In this document: piece after piece, positions 1-9,193 of the stretch | Layout of the letters: each line of letters starts with the position of its first letter | How positions within the stretch are numbered: the stretch's first letter is position 1 | Origin: an uncultured Pseudomonadota bacterium | GTDB taxonomy: Bacteria; Pseudomonadota; Gammaproteobacteria; Steroidobacterales; Steroidobacteraceae | Reading direction: 5' to 3' | DNA: 64,000 nt | NCBI GenBank assembly: GCA_963850955.1 | Contig: CAWKMW010000005.1 | Coordinates: forward strand, 18,228 to 82,227 | Notes under the pieces: generated by a model | What the model was told of the DNA's origin: nothing | The model's input: only the letters and a program-made list of their open reading frames with translations | The model's database searches: none | Made by a program: the position numbers and the translations under genes

Positions 1-991
1 TCGTCGAGTCGAAGGCCCAGAACCAGCTGACCCCCATCGGAAAACTCGGCAGCATGTCGTTCATCTTCGCCCTGACTGCCCGGGCGACTTCGAGCGCGTT
101 GGCCTCCGGGGTCAGCTGCACGCCAAAAGCGGCGACCGGCGTCGTGCCGACCGTGGTCTCGAAACCGTACTGCGCGGCACCGAGGCTCACGACCGCCACG
201 TCCTTCAGGCGCACCGAGGTACCGTTCGGATCGGTCCGCAGCAGGATGTTCTCGAACTGTTCCGGGGAGTTGAAGCGTCCTTCGGCCGTCACCGTCGCCG
301 TCATGGCCTGCCCGGCGACGGCGGGCTGCGCGCCGAGCGCCCCGGAGGCGAACTGCGCGTTCTGCGCCTGCACCGCGGCCAGTACGGCCGCCGCCGACAG
401 GTTGTAGGCGCGCAGCTTGTCCGCGTTCAGCCAGATGCGCATCGCATACTCGGAGCCAAACTGCACCACCGCGCCGACCCCCGGGATGCGCTGGATCTGG
501 TCGAGCACCCGCGAGGCGACGATGTTGTTCAGCTCATCGGCGCTTGGGCCGCCGGCGCTGGAGCGCAGGCCGATACCGCCGAGGAAGCCCGCGCTCACCT
601 TGGCGATGCGAATGCCCTGTTGATTGACCTCGGCGGGCAGGCGCGGCTCCGCGAGCGTGACGCGGTTCTGCGTCTGCACGGCGGCGATGTCCGCGTCGGT
701 ACCTGTTGCGAACGTGAGCGTGATGGCGCTGGAGCCGTCGGACGCGGACTGCGAGGTGAAGTACAACAGGTGATCAAGCCCGGTGAGCTGCTGTTCGATG
801 ACCTGCGTCACCGTGCTCTCCACGGTGGCGGCGCTGGCGCCGGGGTAGGTGCTGGACACCGACACTTGCGGCGGAGCGATCGCCGGGTAGGCCTCGGTCG
901 GCAGCCGGGTGAGCGCCAGCACCCCACCGAGAGTGATGAGAATCGCGAGCACCCAGGCGAAGACCGGGCGGTCGATGAAAAACTGTGGCAT
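1..991 (-). CDS. RND (AcrB/MexB-type) efflux permease, N-terminal ~330 codons; the rest lies beyond the window start
   Basis: The reverse-strand ATG at 991 reads MPQFFIDRPVFAWVLAILITLGGVLALTRL..., the canonical AcrB-family N-terminus. The frame stays open to position 1, so there is no stop in the window and it is absent from the ORF track. It starts 4 nt after the adaptor gene stop. Confidence 0.85.
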   Translation of the reverse strand, partial: MPQFFIDRPVFAWVLAILITLGGVLALTRLPTEAYPAIAPPQVSVSSTYPGASAATVESTVTQVIEQQLTGLDHLLYFTSQSASDGSSAITLTFATGTDADIAAVQTQNRVTLAEPRLPAEVNQQGIRIAKVSAGFLGGIGLRSSAGGPSADELNNIVASRVLDQIQRIPGVGAVVQFGSEYAMRIWLNADKLRAYNLSAAAVLAAVQAQNAQFASGALGAQPAVAGQAMTATVTAEGRFNSPEQFENILLRTDPNGTSVRLKDVAVVSLGAAQYGFETTVGTTPVAAFGVQLTPEANALEVARAVRAKMNDMLPSFPMGVSWFWAFDST

Positions 992-995
992 GCGC

Positions 996-2159
996 TTACT
1001 TTCCGGGCACGGCTGCGGAGGCCGCGTCCGCTGCCGGCGCCGACTGCTCTGCATACGGGAGCGGCACGACGCTCGAGCCGGGACGCGCGTTCTGCGTGCC
1101 CGACAGGATCATGCGATCGCCCTCGGCGAGCCCCTCGGTCACGATCCACTCCGCGCCGTGCAGCCCGTCCACGCGCACGCGCTTCAACACCACCGTGTCG
1201 TCGGGCGCGACGACCAGCACGTACGCCCCCGTAGCGTCGCGCTGCAGAGCCGCCTGCGGCACAAGAAAGCCGCGCTTCAGGGTGCCGTAAGTGAGACGCA
1301 CGCTGACGAACATGCCCGGCAGCAGGGTGTGCTCGGGATTCGGAACGATGCCGCGCAGCGCGACGGCACCGGTGGCCGGATCGACGCTCAGGTCGCGAAA
1401 GTCGAGGGTACCGGTGTGCCCGTAGGGCGTGCCATCTTCGAGCAACAGCTGCACCGTCGCCTGGTTGATGCCCGCCACCGTGACGTCGCCGCTTGATTGC
1501 TCGCGGCGCAGACGCTGGATGTCGATCGCAGGCTGATCGAAGTTCACGTAGATCGGATCGATCTGTTCCACCGTGGTCAGCAAGGTCGCCGTGCCTTGCC
1601 CGACCAGCGCCCCTTCGGTGACGCCCTGCTGTCCGGCGCGTCCGGCGATCGGGGCCGTGACGGTCGCGTATCCCAAGTTGATGCGCGCCGTGCCCACTCC
1701 CGCCCGCGCCTGCTGCGAGGCCGCGGCGGTGGAGCGCTCGCTGGCCTCGGCATTGTCCAGGTCCGAGCGTGACACGAGTCCGCTCGGCAGCAGGTCGCGC
1801 GTGCGCTGGGCGGCAATATGCGCATTGGTGGCTTGGGCCTCGGCCTGCGCAAGCGCCGCCTGGGCCGCATCGAGTGCGGCGCGCAGCGGCGCCGGGTCGA
1901 TCTCAAACAGCGTCTGTCCGGCCCTGACGTCCGAGCCTTCCGTGTACAGACGCTTGAGCAGCACCCCCGCCACCCGCGCCCGCACGTCGGCCGAACGCGT
2001 CGCCGACAGCCGCCCGACCAGATCGCGCGTCAGCGGCACCGGCTGCGCCCGGGCGAGCTGCACGCCCACCTGCGGCGGGGACGGGGCGGGCGGCGCGGCG
2101 TGCGAGCCACAGGCGCCGAGCGCTGCGGCGCTCAGCGCCAGCAGGGTGCACTGCAGCAT
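996..2159 (-). CDS. RND efflux periplasmic adaptor (membrane-fusion lipoprotein, AcrA/MexA-like)
   Basis: ORF 996..2219. The internal ATG at 2159 gives a lipobox signal, MLQCTLLALSAAALGAC. The body shows the MFP pattern: an Ala/Gln-rich coiled-coil hairpin, INLGYATVTAPIAGR and LPGMFVSVRL. It lies directly upstream of the AcrB-like gene. Confidence 0.85.
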   Translation of the reverse strand: MLQCTLLALSAAALGACGSHAAPPAPSPPQVGVQLARAQPVPLTRDLVGRLSATRSADVRARVAGVLLKRLYTEGSDVRAGQTLFEIDPAPLRAALDAAQAALAQAEAQATNAHIAAQRTRDLLPSGLVSRSDLDNAEASERSTAAASQQARAGVGTARINLGYATVTAPIAGRAGQQGVTEGALVGQGTATLLTTVEQIDPIYVNFDQPAIDIQRLRREQSSGDVTVAGINQATVQLLLEDGTPYGHTGTLDFRDLSVDPATGAVALRGIVPNPEHTLLPGMFVSVRLTYGTLKRGFLVPQAALQRDATGAYVLVVAPDDTVVLKRVRVDGLHGAEWIVTEGLAEGDRMILSGTQNARPGSSVVPLPYAEQSAPAADAASAAVPGK

Positions 2160-2230
2160 GCGCGCCACAGGGAATGACCGCGGGTGTGCCCAGATCACGC
2201 GCGTCCCTTCACTCGACAAATACTTGCCAA

Positions 2231-2275
2231 GGCAGTATTATCATCGGCAGTAATCTTAATGGCAGCTATTAGGAT
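2231..2275. promoter_or_regulatory. Three phased 15-bp direct repeats (GGCAGTATTATCATC / GGCAGTAATCTTAAT / GGCAGCTATTAGGAT) in the divergent efflux control region; putative operator
   Basis: GGCAG starts at 2231, 2246 and 2261, exactly 15 bp apart. This is an AT-rich island in GC-rich DNA, preceded by the inverted TGCC-AA-GGCA at 2225-2234. It sits between the adaptor gene start (2159) and the marR-like start (2290). Confidence 0.5.
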
Positions 2276-2289
2276 AGCAAGCCCCCCGC

Positions 2290-2802
2290 ATGCTACGCAG
2301 AACCTCCGTCAAAGCCGAGCCCGTGGCGGCGCCGCAACCCCCGGAAGGCGGATTGGGCGTCGGCTACCTCATGGGGCGCGCCCGCGCCTCGTTGCTGTCC
2401 GGGCTCGACACGGAGCTGGCCCGCTTTGGCTTAAGCGGCATGCAGTTTGCGGTGTTGAAGCACCTCGCGGAGGGCTCCGCACGCACCGCGGCGGATCTGT
2501 GCCGCTTCATGCAATACGACACCGGCGCGATGACCCGCATTCTCGATCGGCTCGAGCAGAAGGGTCTCGTGCGCCGCGAGCGCTCACGCGAGGACCGCCG
2601 TGCCGTCGTGTTGCGTGTCGCGGCGAGCGGACGCAATCAGCTGCCGCGCTTAGGCGCGGCCGCGACGCGCGTTCTGGACGCGCACCTGGCCGGTTTCAGT
2701 AATGCCGAGATCGAGGCGCTGAAGAGCTACCTCGGACGGATGATCGATAACGGACAAAGCACGGGGGACAATCGACAGACAGGTACGGGCGGCAAATCAT
2801 GA
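2290..2802 (+). CDS. MarR-family transcriptional regulator
   Basis: Winged-helix MarR pattern: GLSGMQFAVLKHLAEGSARTAADLCRFMQYDTGAMTRILDRLEQKGLVRRERSREDRRAV. Its stop overlaps the next ATG (ATGA). Confidence 0.9.
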   Translation: MLRRTSVKAEPVAAPQPPEGGLGVGYLMGRARASLLSGLDTELARFGLSGMQFAVLKHLAEGSARTAADLCRFMQYDTGAMTRILDRLEQKGLVRRERSREDRRAVVLRVAASGRNQLPRLGAAATRVLDAHLAGFSNAEIEALKSYLGRMIDNGQSTGDNRQTGTGGKS

Positions 2803-4226
2803 TTCCGCGCAGGTTGCTCTACATTCCGGTTCTGGCTCTGGCCGCGTCAGGTTGCGTGGATCGTGGCAACTGGAAGCCCGGCCCGCAGCTGGACGCCAAG
2901 TCACTCACGACACAGCAAACGCTGCACGACGCCAAGGTCGAGGACAGTGCGTGGCCCACTGATCAGTGGTGGCGCAGTTACGGTGATCCGCAGCTCGATA
3001 CGCTCGTGAACGAAGCGCTCGCCGGCAGTCCGAGCCTCGCGATCGCGCAGGCGCGGCTGCGCGCGGCGCAGGCGCAGACGGTTTCCGCACGCGGCGCGCT
3101 CGCGCCGCGGGTGGCGCTGGATGCGCAGGTGATCCGTCAGCGCTATCCTATGGACGATCTGTACCCGCCGCCGCTCGGCGGCGCCTGGTCCACTCAGACG
3201 ACCGCGCAGCTCGACTTCAGCTGGGATCTGGATTTCTGGGGCCGCAACCGCGCGCTGCTTGCGGCGGCGCGCTCGGGCGAGCAGGCGGCGGAGGCTGACC
3301 GTCAGGCCGCGCGTCTGGCGATTGCAGTCGCGGTGGTGCAGGCCTACATCCAGCTCGACCTCAATTACGCGCTCCTCGACGTCACCAACGACAACCTGAA
3401 GCAGCAGCAATCGATACTGGACCTGACCCAGCAGCGTGTGACGGCGGGCTTGGAGAACACCGCGCGCGTGAAGCAGTCCGAGGGGACGGTGGCGCTCACA
3501 CGCGCCGGTCTTGCGTTCGTGGAGGCGAGCATCGAGCTTGCGCGTAACCAGCTGGCCGACCTTGTGGGCGCCGGACCTGATCGCGGCCAAAGTCTCCAGC
3601 GGCCACAGCTGAACGCGCCGGCCGAGATTGCGCTGCCCTCGACGCTGCCCGCGGATCTGCTCGGGCGGCGGCCCGATGTGGCCGCGGCGCGCGCTCAGGT
3701 GGAGGCGGCCAGCCACGCCGTCAAGGCAGCGGAGGCCAACTTCTACCCCAACGTGGACTTGACCGCCTTTGCGGGTTTCCAGGCGATCGGCGCCCTGTCG
3801 CAGGTGTTCGAGGCCTCCGACCGCACGCTCGGCGGCGGTCCGGCGCTGAGTCTGCCGGTCTTCAACCGCGCCGCATTGCGCGGACAACTCTATGGACAGC
3901 AGGCCCAGTTCGACACTTCGGTGGGCCAGTACAACCAGACGCTGCTCGATGCCGTGCGTCAGGTGGCGGACGTGGTTGCGAACTGGCGCGGCCTGGAGCG
4001 TGAGACGCTGCAGGAGCAGACCGCGCTTGATGCGGCGCAGCGTTCCTATGATCTGACGAGCGAACGCTATCGCGCCGGCCTGGATAATTACTTGAGCGTG
4101 CTCTCAAGCCAAAACCAGGTGCTGCTGGCGCAGACGCTGCGTGCCGAGCTGCAGGCGCGGCGGCTGACGTTCAGCGTCAATCTCGTCCAGGCGCTCGGCG
4201 GTGGGTACGCCGCGCCTACCGGCTAA
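2799..4226 (+). CDS. Efflux outer-membrane lipoprotein, NodT family
   Basis: 475 aa with lipobox LALAASGC. It has the duplicated OEP-type helical/beta architecture and sits in the typical position before EmrA/EmrB-like genes. Confidence 0.85.
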   Translation: MIPRRLLYIPVLALAASGCVDRGNWKPGPQLDAKSLTTQQTLHDAKVEDSAWPTDQWWRSYGDPQLDTLVNEALAGSPSLAIAQARLRAAQAQTVSARGALAPRVALDAQVIRQRYPMDDLYPPPLGGAWSTQTTAQLDFSWDLDFWGRNRALLAAARSGEQAAEADRQAARLAIAVAVVQAYIQLDLNYALLDVTNDNLKQQQSILDLTQQRVTAGLENTARVKQSEGTVALTRAGLAFVEASIELARNQLADLVGAGPDRGQSLQRPQLNAPAEIALPSTLPADLLGRRPDVAAARAQVEAASHAVKAAEANFYPNVDLTAFAGFQAIGALSQVFEASDRTLGGGPALSLPVFNRAALRGQLYGQQAQFDTSVGQYNQTLLDAVRQVADVVANWRGLERETLQEQTALDAAQRSYDLTSERYRAGLDNYLSVLSSQNQVLLAQTLRAELQARRLTFSVNLVQALGGGYAAPTG

Positions 4227-4264
4227 GCCGCCTGCGCCTTAACTCTCGCAGGACTGACCCGTAA

Positions 4265-5455
4265 ATGGACGCCACGGTCGAAACCGCTCCCGCCACTACA
4301 CAGACTTTGCGCCAGCGGCGCCAGCGATGGCTCATCACTCTCACCGTAGCGCTCGTGGTCGTGGCGCTCGCCGTCGGTGCCTGGTGGGTGCTGTACGCGC
4401 GCAACTACCAGAACACCGACGATGCCTATGTCGCCGGGGACCTGGTGAATGTCATGCCGCAGGTGAGCGGCACGGTCGTGAGCATCGCCGCGGATGAGAC
4501 CGATCTGGTCAAGGGCGGGCAGGAACTCATCAAGCTCGATCCTACCGACGCGCGCATTGCCTTGCAGGACGCCGAGCAGCAACTGGCGCGCACGGTGCGC
4601 CAGACGCGCACCGTATTTGCCAATCGCGACCAGTTGCTGGCGGTGGTGGGTCAGCGGCGCGCGGACTTGAATCGGGCGCAGGCTGATTTTGATCGCCGCA
4701 AGAATCTGGCCACCACCGGTGCGGTTTCCGGGGAAGAGTTGGGTCACGCCCGCGACGAGCTCAAGGCAGCCCAAGACGCGCTCACCGCGGCTCAGAAGAA
4801 TCTCGCTGCGAGCACCGCGCTCGTCGGCCGCACCGGGGTGGCCGACAACCCGGACGTGCAGGCCGCGGCGACGCAGGTGGAGCGCGCGTGGCTCACCCTG
4901 CAGCGCACCAGCGTACGCGCGCCCGTGTCGGGCTACGTCGCTAAGCGTGGCGTGCAGCTCGGGGACCACATCGCCGCCGGCGCGCCGCTCATGGCGATCG
5001 TGCCGCTCGAGCGGATGCGGGTGGAGGCGAACTTCAAGGAAGTGCAGTTGCGGCGCATGCGCATCGGGCAGCCGGCGAGTGTGGTGGCCGACCTGTACGG
5101 CGGCAAGGTCAAGTACCATGGCACGGTGCAGGGTGTCGGCTTGGGTACGGGCGCCGCCTTCGCGCTGCTGCCGGCGCAGAATGCCACCGGCAACTGGATC
5201 AAGGTGGTACAGCGTGTGCCGGTGCGCATTGCGCTGCGACCCGATGAGCTTAGGGCGCATCCGCTGCGCATCGGGCTCTCGACACGCGTGAGCGTCGAGA
5301 TCCGTGATGACTCCGGGCTTGCGCTCGCGCAGAGCGTGCGCGAGGAGCCCGTACTGAGCACCAGCACCTACGAGTTGGACAATAGCGAGATCAAGGCGCG
5401 TATCGCCGAGATCATCCGCGAGAACACGCGCGAGGGCGCGCCGCCCGCCGAATGA
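4265..5455 (+). CDS. emrA: HlyD/EmrA-family efflux adaptor
   Basis: N-terminal TM segment followed by YQNTDDAYVAGDLVNVMPQVSGTVV, a long coiled coil, then RTSVRAPVSGYVAKR and NATGNWIKVVQRVPVRI, all typical of EmrA. It overlaps the next start (ATGA). Confidence 0.88.
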   Translation: MDATVETAPATTQTLRQRRQRWLITLTVALVVVALAVGAWWVLYARNYQNTDDAYVAGDLVNVMPQVSGTVVSIAADETDLVKGGQELIKLDPTDARIALQDAEQQLARTVRQTRTVFANRDQLLAVVGQRRADLNRAQADFDRRKNLATTGAVSGEELGHARDELKAAQDALTAAQKNLAASTALVGRTGVADNPDVQAAATQVERAWLTLQRTSVRAPVSGYVAKRGVQLGDHIAAGAPLMAIVPLERMRVEANFKEVQLRRMRIGQPASVVADLYGGKVKYHGTVQGVGLGTGAAFALLPAQNATGNWIKVVQRVPVRIALRPDELRAHPLRIGLSTRVSVEIRDDSGLALAQSVREEPVLSTSTYELDNSEIKARIAEIIRENTREGAPPAE

Positions 5456-6999
5456 GCGAAGCGAAGCAGCCGCTCGCGCCGCTGCACGGGGCCCAGCTGG
5501 CGATCGCGACCTTCGGCGTGTCACTGGCCACCTTCATGCAGGTGCTCGACACCACCATCGCCAATGTGTCGGTGCCGACGATCGCCGGCACCATGGGCAT
5601 CAGCGCCACGCAGGGCACTTGGGTCATCACCTCGTTCACGGTTGCCACGGCGATCTCCATGCCCCTCACCGGACGGCTCGCCGAGCGCCTCGGCCAGGTG
5701 CGGCTGTTTCTGCTGGCGACCACACTCTTCACCATCGCCTCGATCCTGTGCGGGCTCGCGCCCAACATGCCGATGCTGATCGCGGCGCGCGTGGTGCAAG
5801 GAGCAGTGGCGGGACCGCTGATGCCGCTCTCCCAGGCGTTGATGCTTTCGATCTATCCGCGTGAGAAGCGTGGCCAGGCACTCGCGCTGTGGGCCACCAT
5901 CGCGGTGGTGGCGCCGATCGTAGGACCCATCCTCGGCGGCTACATCTCCGATAACGCCTCCTGGCCCTGGATCTTCTTTATCAACGGGCCGGTGGGGGTG
6001 CTCGCGGTGCTGCTGACCACCGAGTCGCTGCAGCGCATGGAGAGCGCCAAGCACAAGCCGCCGATTGATTGGACCGGGCTGATGCTGCTCGCGGTGTGGG
6101 TGGGGGTGCTGCAGGTGATGCTCGACCTCGGCTCGGATGAGAATTGGTTCGATTCACCCCTCATCATTGGGCTCACCGTCATCACTTCCGTGGTGTTCTG
6201 CTACTTCCTTGTCTGGGAGCTCAATCATCCCTACCCGATCGTGGACATGTCGCTGTTCAAGGATCGCAACTTCGCGGTCGGGGCCGGCGGCGGCAGCCTG
6301 ATCTATGGGGCATTCTTTGGTAGCAGCGTGCTACTGCCCCTCGTGCTGCAAACGCAGTTCGGCTACACGGCCACCTGGGCGGGGCTGGTCATCGCGCCGA
6401 TCGGCATCGCGCCGATCCTCGGCTCACGCTTCGTGGGACGCAACTACCACCGGGTCGATCCGCGCCTGCTGATCACGGGCTCCTTTCTGATCACCGCCTG
6501 CGTTATGTGGTTGCGCTCGCACTCGAGCACCGAATGGGGCTTCTGGAATCTGCTCGAACCGCAGCTGCTCCTGGGCGTCGGGGTGATGGTCATGTTCACG
6601 CCGCTGACCGCAGTCATGCTCTCGACGATCGATCCGCACCGCTCGGCGAGCGCCCTTGGGGTGTCCAGCTTCATGCGCCTCACGGCCTCCGGTTTTGGCG
6701 CCTCGCTGTTCACAAGCGTTTGGCAGAATCGCGCGGCGGTGCATCACACGCGCCTCGCGGAAGCGATCACCGCCTACGATCCGGCGCGCGGCGCTACGTT
6801 CGACATGCTCACGCAGCATGGCTTGGGCACGCAGCAGGCCTTTGGGGTCGTCGACGCCACCGTGACCAACCAGTCCTTCGTGCTGGCGGCGAACGATGTG
6901 TTCTGGGTGGCCGCGCTCGCCATCGTGGCGGTCACCTCGGTCATCTGGCTCGCGCGCCCGCCCTTTAATTTGATGCAGGCGCCGGTCGCCAGCGAGTAG
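5452..6999 (+). CDS. emrB: MFS DHA2 (14-TM) drug:H+ antiporter, EmrB/QacA family
   Basis: 515 aa. N-terminus LATFMQVLDTTIANVSVPTIAG, motif GRLAERLGQVRLF, and a 14-TM hydrophobicity pattern. Confidence 0.9.
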   Translation: MSEAKQPLAPLHGAQLAIATFGVSLATFMQVLDTTIANVSVPTIAGTMGISATQGTWVITSFTVATAISMPLTGRLAERLGQVRLFLLATTLFTIASILCGLAPNMPMLIAARVVQGAVAGPLMPLSQALMLSIYPREKRGQALALWATIAVVAPIVGPILGGYISDNASWPWIFFINGPVGVLAVLLTTESLQRMESAKHKPPIDWTGLMLLAVWVGVLQVMLDLGSDENWFDSPLIIGLTVITSVVFCYFLVWELNHPYPIVDMSLFKDRNFAVGAGGGSLIYGAFFGSSVLLPLVLQTQFGYTATWAGLVIAPIGIAPILGSRFVGRNYHRVDPRLLITGSFLITACVMWLRSHSSTEWGFWNLLEPQLLLGVGVMVMFTPLTAVMLSTIDPHRSASALGVSSFMRLTASGFGASLFTSVWQNRAAVHHTRLAEAITAYDPARGATFDMLTQHGLGTQQAFGVVDATVTNQSFVLAANDVFWVAALAIVAVTSVIWLARPPFNLMQAPVASE

Positions 7000-7031
7000 G
7001 GCGTTCGCTCTGCACGGATCCCGGCATTGCT

Positions 7032-8093
7032 TCAAGGCGAGACACCCTGAGCGGCGTAAAGCGCATTGAGCGCTTGGCGCAGGCCCGCGCTGTCGTTCGG
7101 CTCGAAACGGTGCACGATCCGGCCGCTGCCATCGGCCACGATAACGGTGGGCACGTCGTTCACGCGGAACTCGCGGAACAAGCTGCCCGAGGCGTCGAGT
7201 GTCAAGGGCATCGTGACGTGGTAGTCATCGCGATATTTGCGCAGGTCCTCGGGCATCGCCCAAAGTCCCGAGGCGATGCCCAGGCAGCGCACGCGTTGAT
7301 CGTGCGCATGCGCGCTCAGTTGCTCGCGCACGTTGCGACAGTTGGCGGCAACCGCCGGACGCGTGGTCGCAAGATAAGACTCGCACCAGGGGGAGAGGAA
7401 CACGAGCACGGTGGGTCGGTGCGCGCTCGCCGGTCGAAATTTAAATGGCGCCGCGTCGATTAAGGAGACCGACTGCACGGGCAGCGCGTCACCCAAGCCG
7501 AACTGCGGCGCATCGGCCGCGGCGCGCGTGCCGGGCGCAGCGCTTGCGGCTGCCTCGGCGCTGAGCGAGGTTGCCGTGCTCAGGGCGGCCTCCAGCCGCG
7601 CGTCGGCCAAGTGTCCAACGTACTGAATCTGCCCGCCGCGACCGATCACGATGTGTTGCGGGGTTACCCGCAGGCCGAAGGCGGCTCCAAGGTGCCCGTC
7701 TTGGTCGAAGACGATCGGCATCGTGATACCGCTCTCGCGCCGGTAGGCGCGAATCGCCTCCAACGAGTCACCGAAGCCCACATCGATGGCGACCACGGCG
7801 AGGTCGGAGCTGGCGCTCTCGAAGGTGTGTTCGAGATGGGGCATCTGCTCGCGGCAGGGCGTACACCAGGTGGCCCAGAACTTCAGGTACACGGCTCTCT
7901 TGCCGTACAGATCACCCAGATCGATCGTCTCGCCGTCGATCGTCTTCAGTACCAGTCGCGGGGCTGCTGAACCGACCAAGGTGCGTGCCACGCTTTGCGC
8001 CAATTCTGGGCCCGAAGTCGTCGCGCCCGCCGTTGCCGCATTCAGCGTCAGCAAGGCGCACGCGGCGAGGCACCCGCGGGTCATCCGGCTCAC
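7032..8093 (-). CDS. Secreted two-domain thioredoxin-fold (TlpA/redoxin-like) thiol:disulfide oxidoreductase
   Basis: Signal peptide present. The first domain has FWATWCTPCREQMPHLE (CxxC). The second Trx-like domain has FLSPWCESY, with a single Cys in the motif. GTG start at 8093 (alternative ATG at 8084). It overlaps the cupin stop (GTGA). Confidence 0.8.
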   Translation of the reverse strand: MSRMTRGCLAACALLTLNAATAGATTSGPELAQSVARTLVGSAAPRLVLKTIDGETIDLGDLYGKRAVYLKFWATWCTPCREQMPHLEHTFESASSDLAVVAIDVGFGDSLEAIRAYRRESGITMPIVFDQDGHLGAAFGLRVTPQHIVIGRGGQIQYVGHLADARLEAALSTATSLSAEAAASAAPGTRAAADAPQFGLGDALPVQSVSLIDAAPFKFRPASAHRPTVLVFLSPWCESYLATTRPAVAANCRNVREQLSAHAHDQRVRCLGIASGLWAMPEDLRKYRDDYHVTMPLTLDASGSLFREFRVNDVPTVIVADGSGRIVHRFEPNDSAGLRQALNALYAAQGVSP

Positions 8094-8566
8094 GGAGCCT
8101 CCGCGCTTACCAGTCGGGAGGCCCGTTTAGCTTTGTCCTTCACCATGAAGACCAGAATCTTCGCTGGTGCCGTGCGGCTCGCGTTCGCGGACACCTGATG
8201 GATATCGTCGGGCCCTTCGTAAAACGTTTGCCCCGGCCCCAGTGTCACCGCTGCACTGCCCCTGAGTTGCATGATGAGCGAACCTTCGAGTACGTAGACG
8301 AACACCTGGGCATCGTGCCGGTGCGGCAGCGATGCACCGCCTGGCAGATAGGCCACGCTGATCAGCCGCACTTCCTTGCCGGCCGTCCCGATAAGCTCGC
8401 GCGTCATCAGCTCCGTCACCGACTCGGCTGCAGTGGGGGCCGCGGCGCTCGCATACAGCGGGCCGAGCATGAGCGCCGCGATCAGCAAGGCTGCGGCGAG
8501 AGCCTCGCGAACCGGTCTGACGGCGACGAACGAGTGCGACAGGTGAACGAGCGCACGGTAGTGCAT
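8090..8566 (-). CDS. Secreted cupin-domain protein
   Basis: Cupin motifs PGGASLPHRHDAQVFVYVLEGS and GPGQTFYEGPDDIHQV, preceded by a hydrophobic signal-like segment. ATG at 8566; the ORF track extends to 8605. Confidence 0.75.
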   Translation of the reverse strand: MHYRALVHLSHSFVAVRPVREALAAALLIAALMLGPLYASAAAPTAAESVTELMTRELIGTAGKEVRLISVAYLPGGASLPHRHDAQVFVYVLEGSLIMQLRGSAAVTLGPGQTFYEGPDDIHQVSANASRTAPAKILVFMVKDKAKRASRLVSAEAP

Positions 8567-8623
8567 GCGGGATTTCTCCGGCCGAGTAGCTGTCATAGTG
8601 CGCACGGTGGTACGCGTATCGCG

Positions 8624-9091
8624 CTAATCGAACTTCAGATAACACAGCGGTAGTGCGGTCGTGTACTTGATGGTCTCGAGCGCGAAGCTCGCACTGACGT
8701 CCTGAAACTCGACGGCCGCGATCAGGCGCTTGTAGACCACGTCGTACGCATCAATGTCCGGCACCACGATGCGGATCAGATAGTCCACATCGCCGCTCAT
8801 GCGATGGATCTCGGTCACCTCGGGGATGTCGCGCACCGCGCGCACGAACTTCTGGAACCACGCCTCGCTGTGATTACCGGTCTTGAGTGTCACGAACACC
8901 GTGGTGCCGACGTTGAGCGCCTGCGCGTCCAGCAGCGCGACCGTCTGGCGAATGACCCCCTCCTGCTGCAGCTTCTGAATGCGTCGCCAGCAGGGGGCCT
9001 TGGAGAGCCCGACGCGATCGGCGATCTCGGCGGCGGTGAGCTCGCCGTTACCCTGCAACAGGTCCAGAATTTTGGCATCGAGCTTGTCCAT
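8624..9091 (-). CDS. Lrp/AsnC-family transcriptional regulator
   Basis: MDKLDAKILDLLQGNGELTAAEIADRVGLSKAPCWRRIQKLQQEGVI plus an AsnC-type C-terminal domain. The true start is the ATG at 9091; ORF 8624..9328 is an upstream artefactual extension. Confidence 0.9.
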   Translation of the reverse strand: MDKLDAKILDLLQGNGELTAAEIADRVGLSKAPCWRRIQKLQQEGVIRQTVALLDAQALNVGTTVFVTLKTGNHSEAWFQKFVRAVRDIPEVTEIHRMSGDVDYLIRIVVPDIDAYDVVYKRLIAAVEFQDVSASFALETIKYTTALPLCYLKFD

Positions 9092-9117
9092 GCAACACCG
9101 TTTCTCTTTATGCCAGT

Positions 9118-9140
9118 ATTGCGCAATATTGTTGCGCAAC
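9118..9140. promoter_or_regulatory. Twin perfect palindromes ATTGCGCAAT (9118-9127) and GTTGCGCAAC (9131-9140) in a divergent promoter; candidate Lrp-type operator
   Basis: Read directly. Both 10-mers are self-complementary and 3 nt apart, and lie 27-49 nt upstream of the lrp-like ATG (9091). Confidence 0.45.
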
Positions 9141-9193
9141 GGGGTCACATTCGCCATGGGTTCGCAACCGCGTACCGCCGGGGTGGGGCTAGG

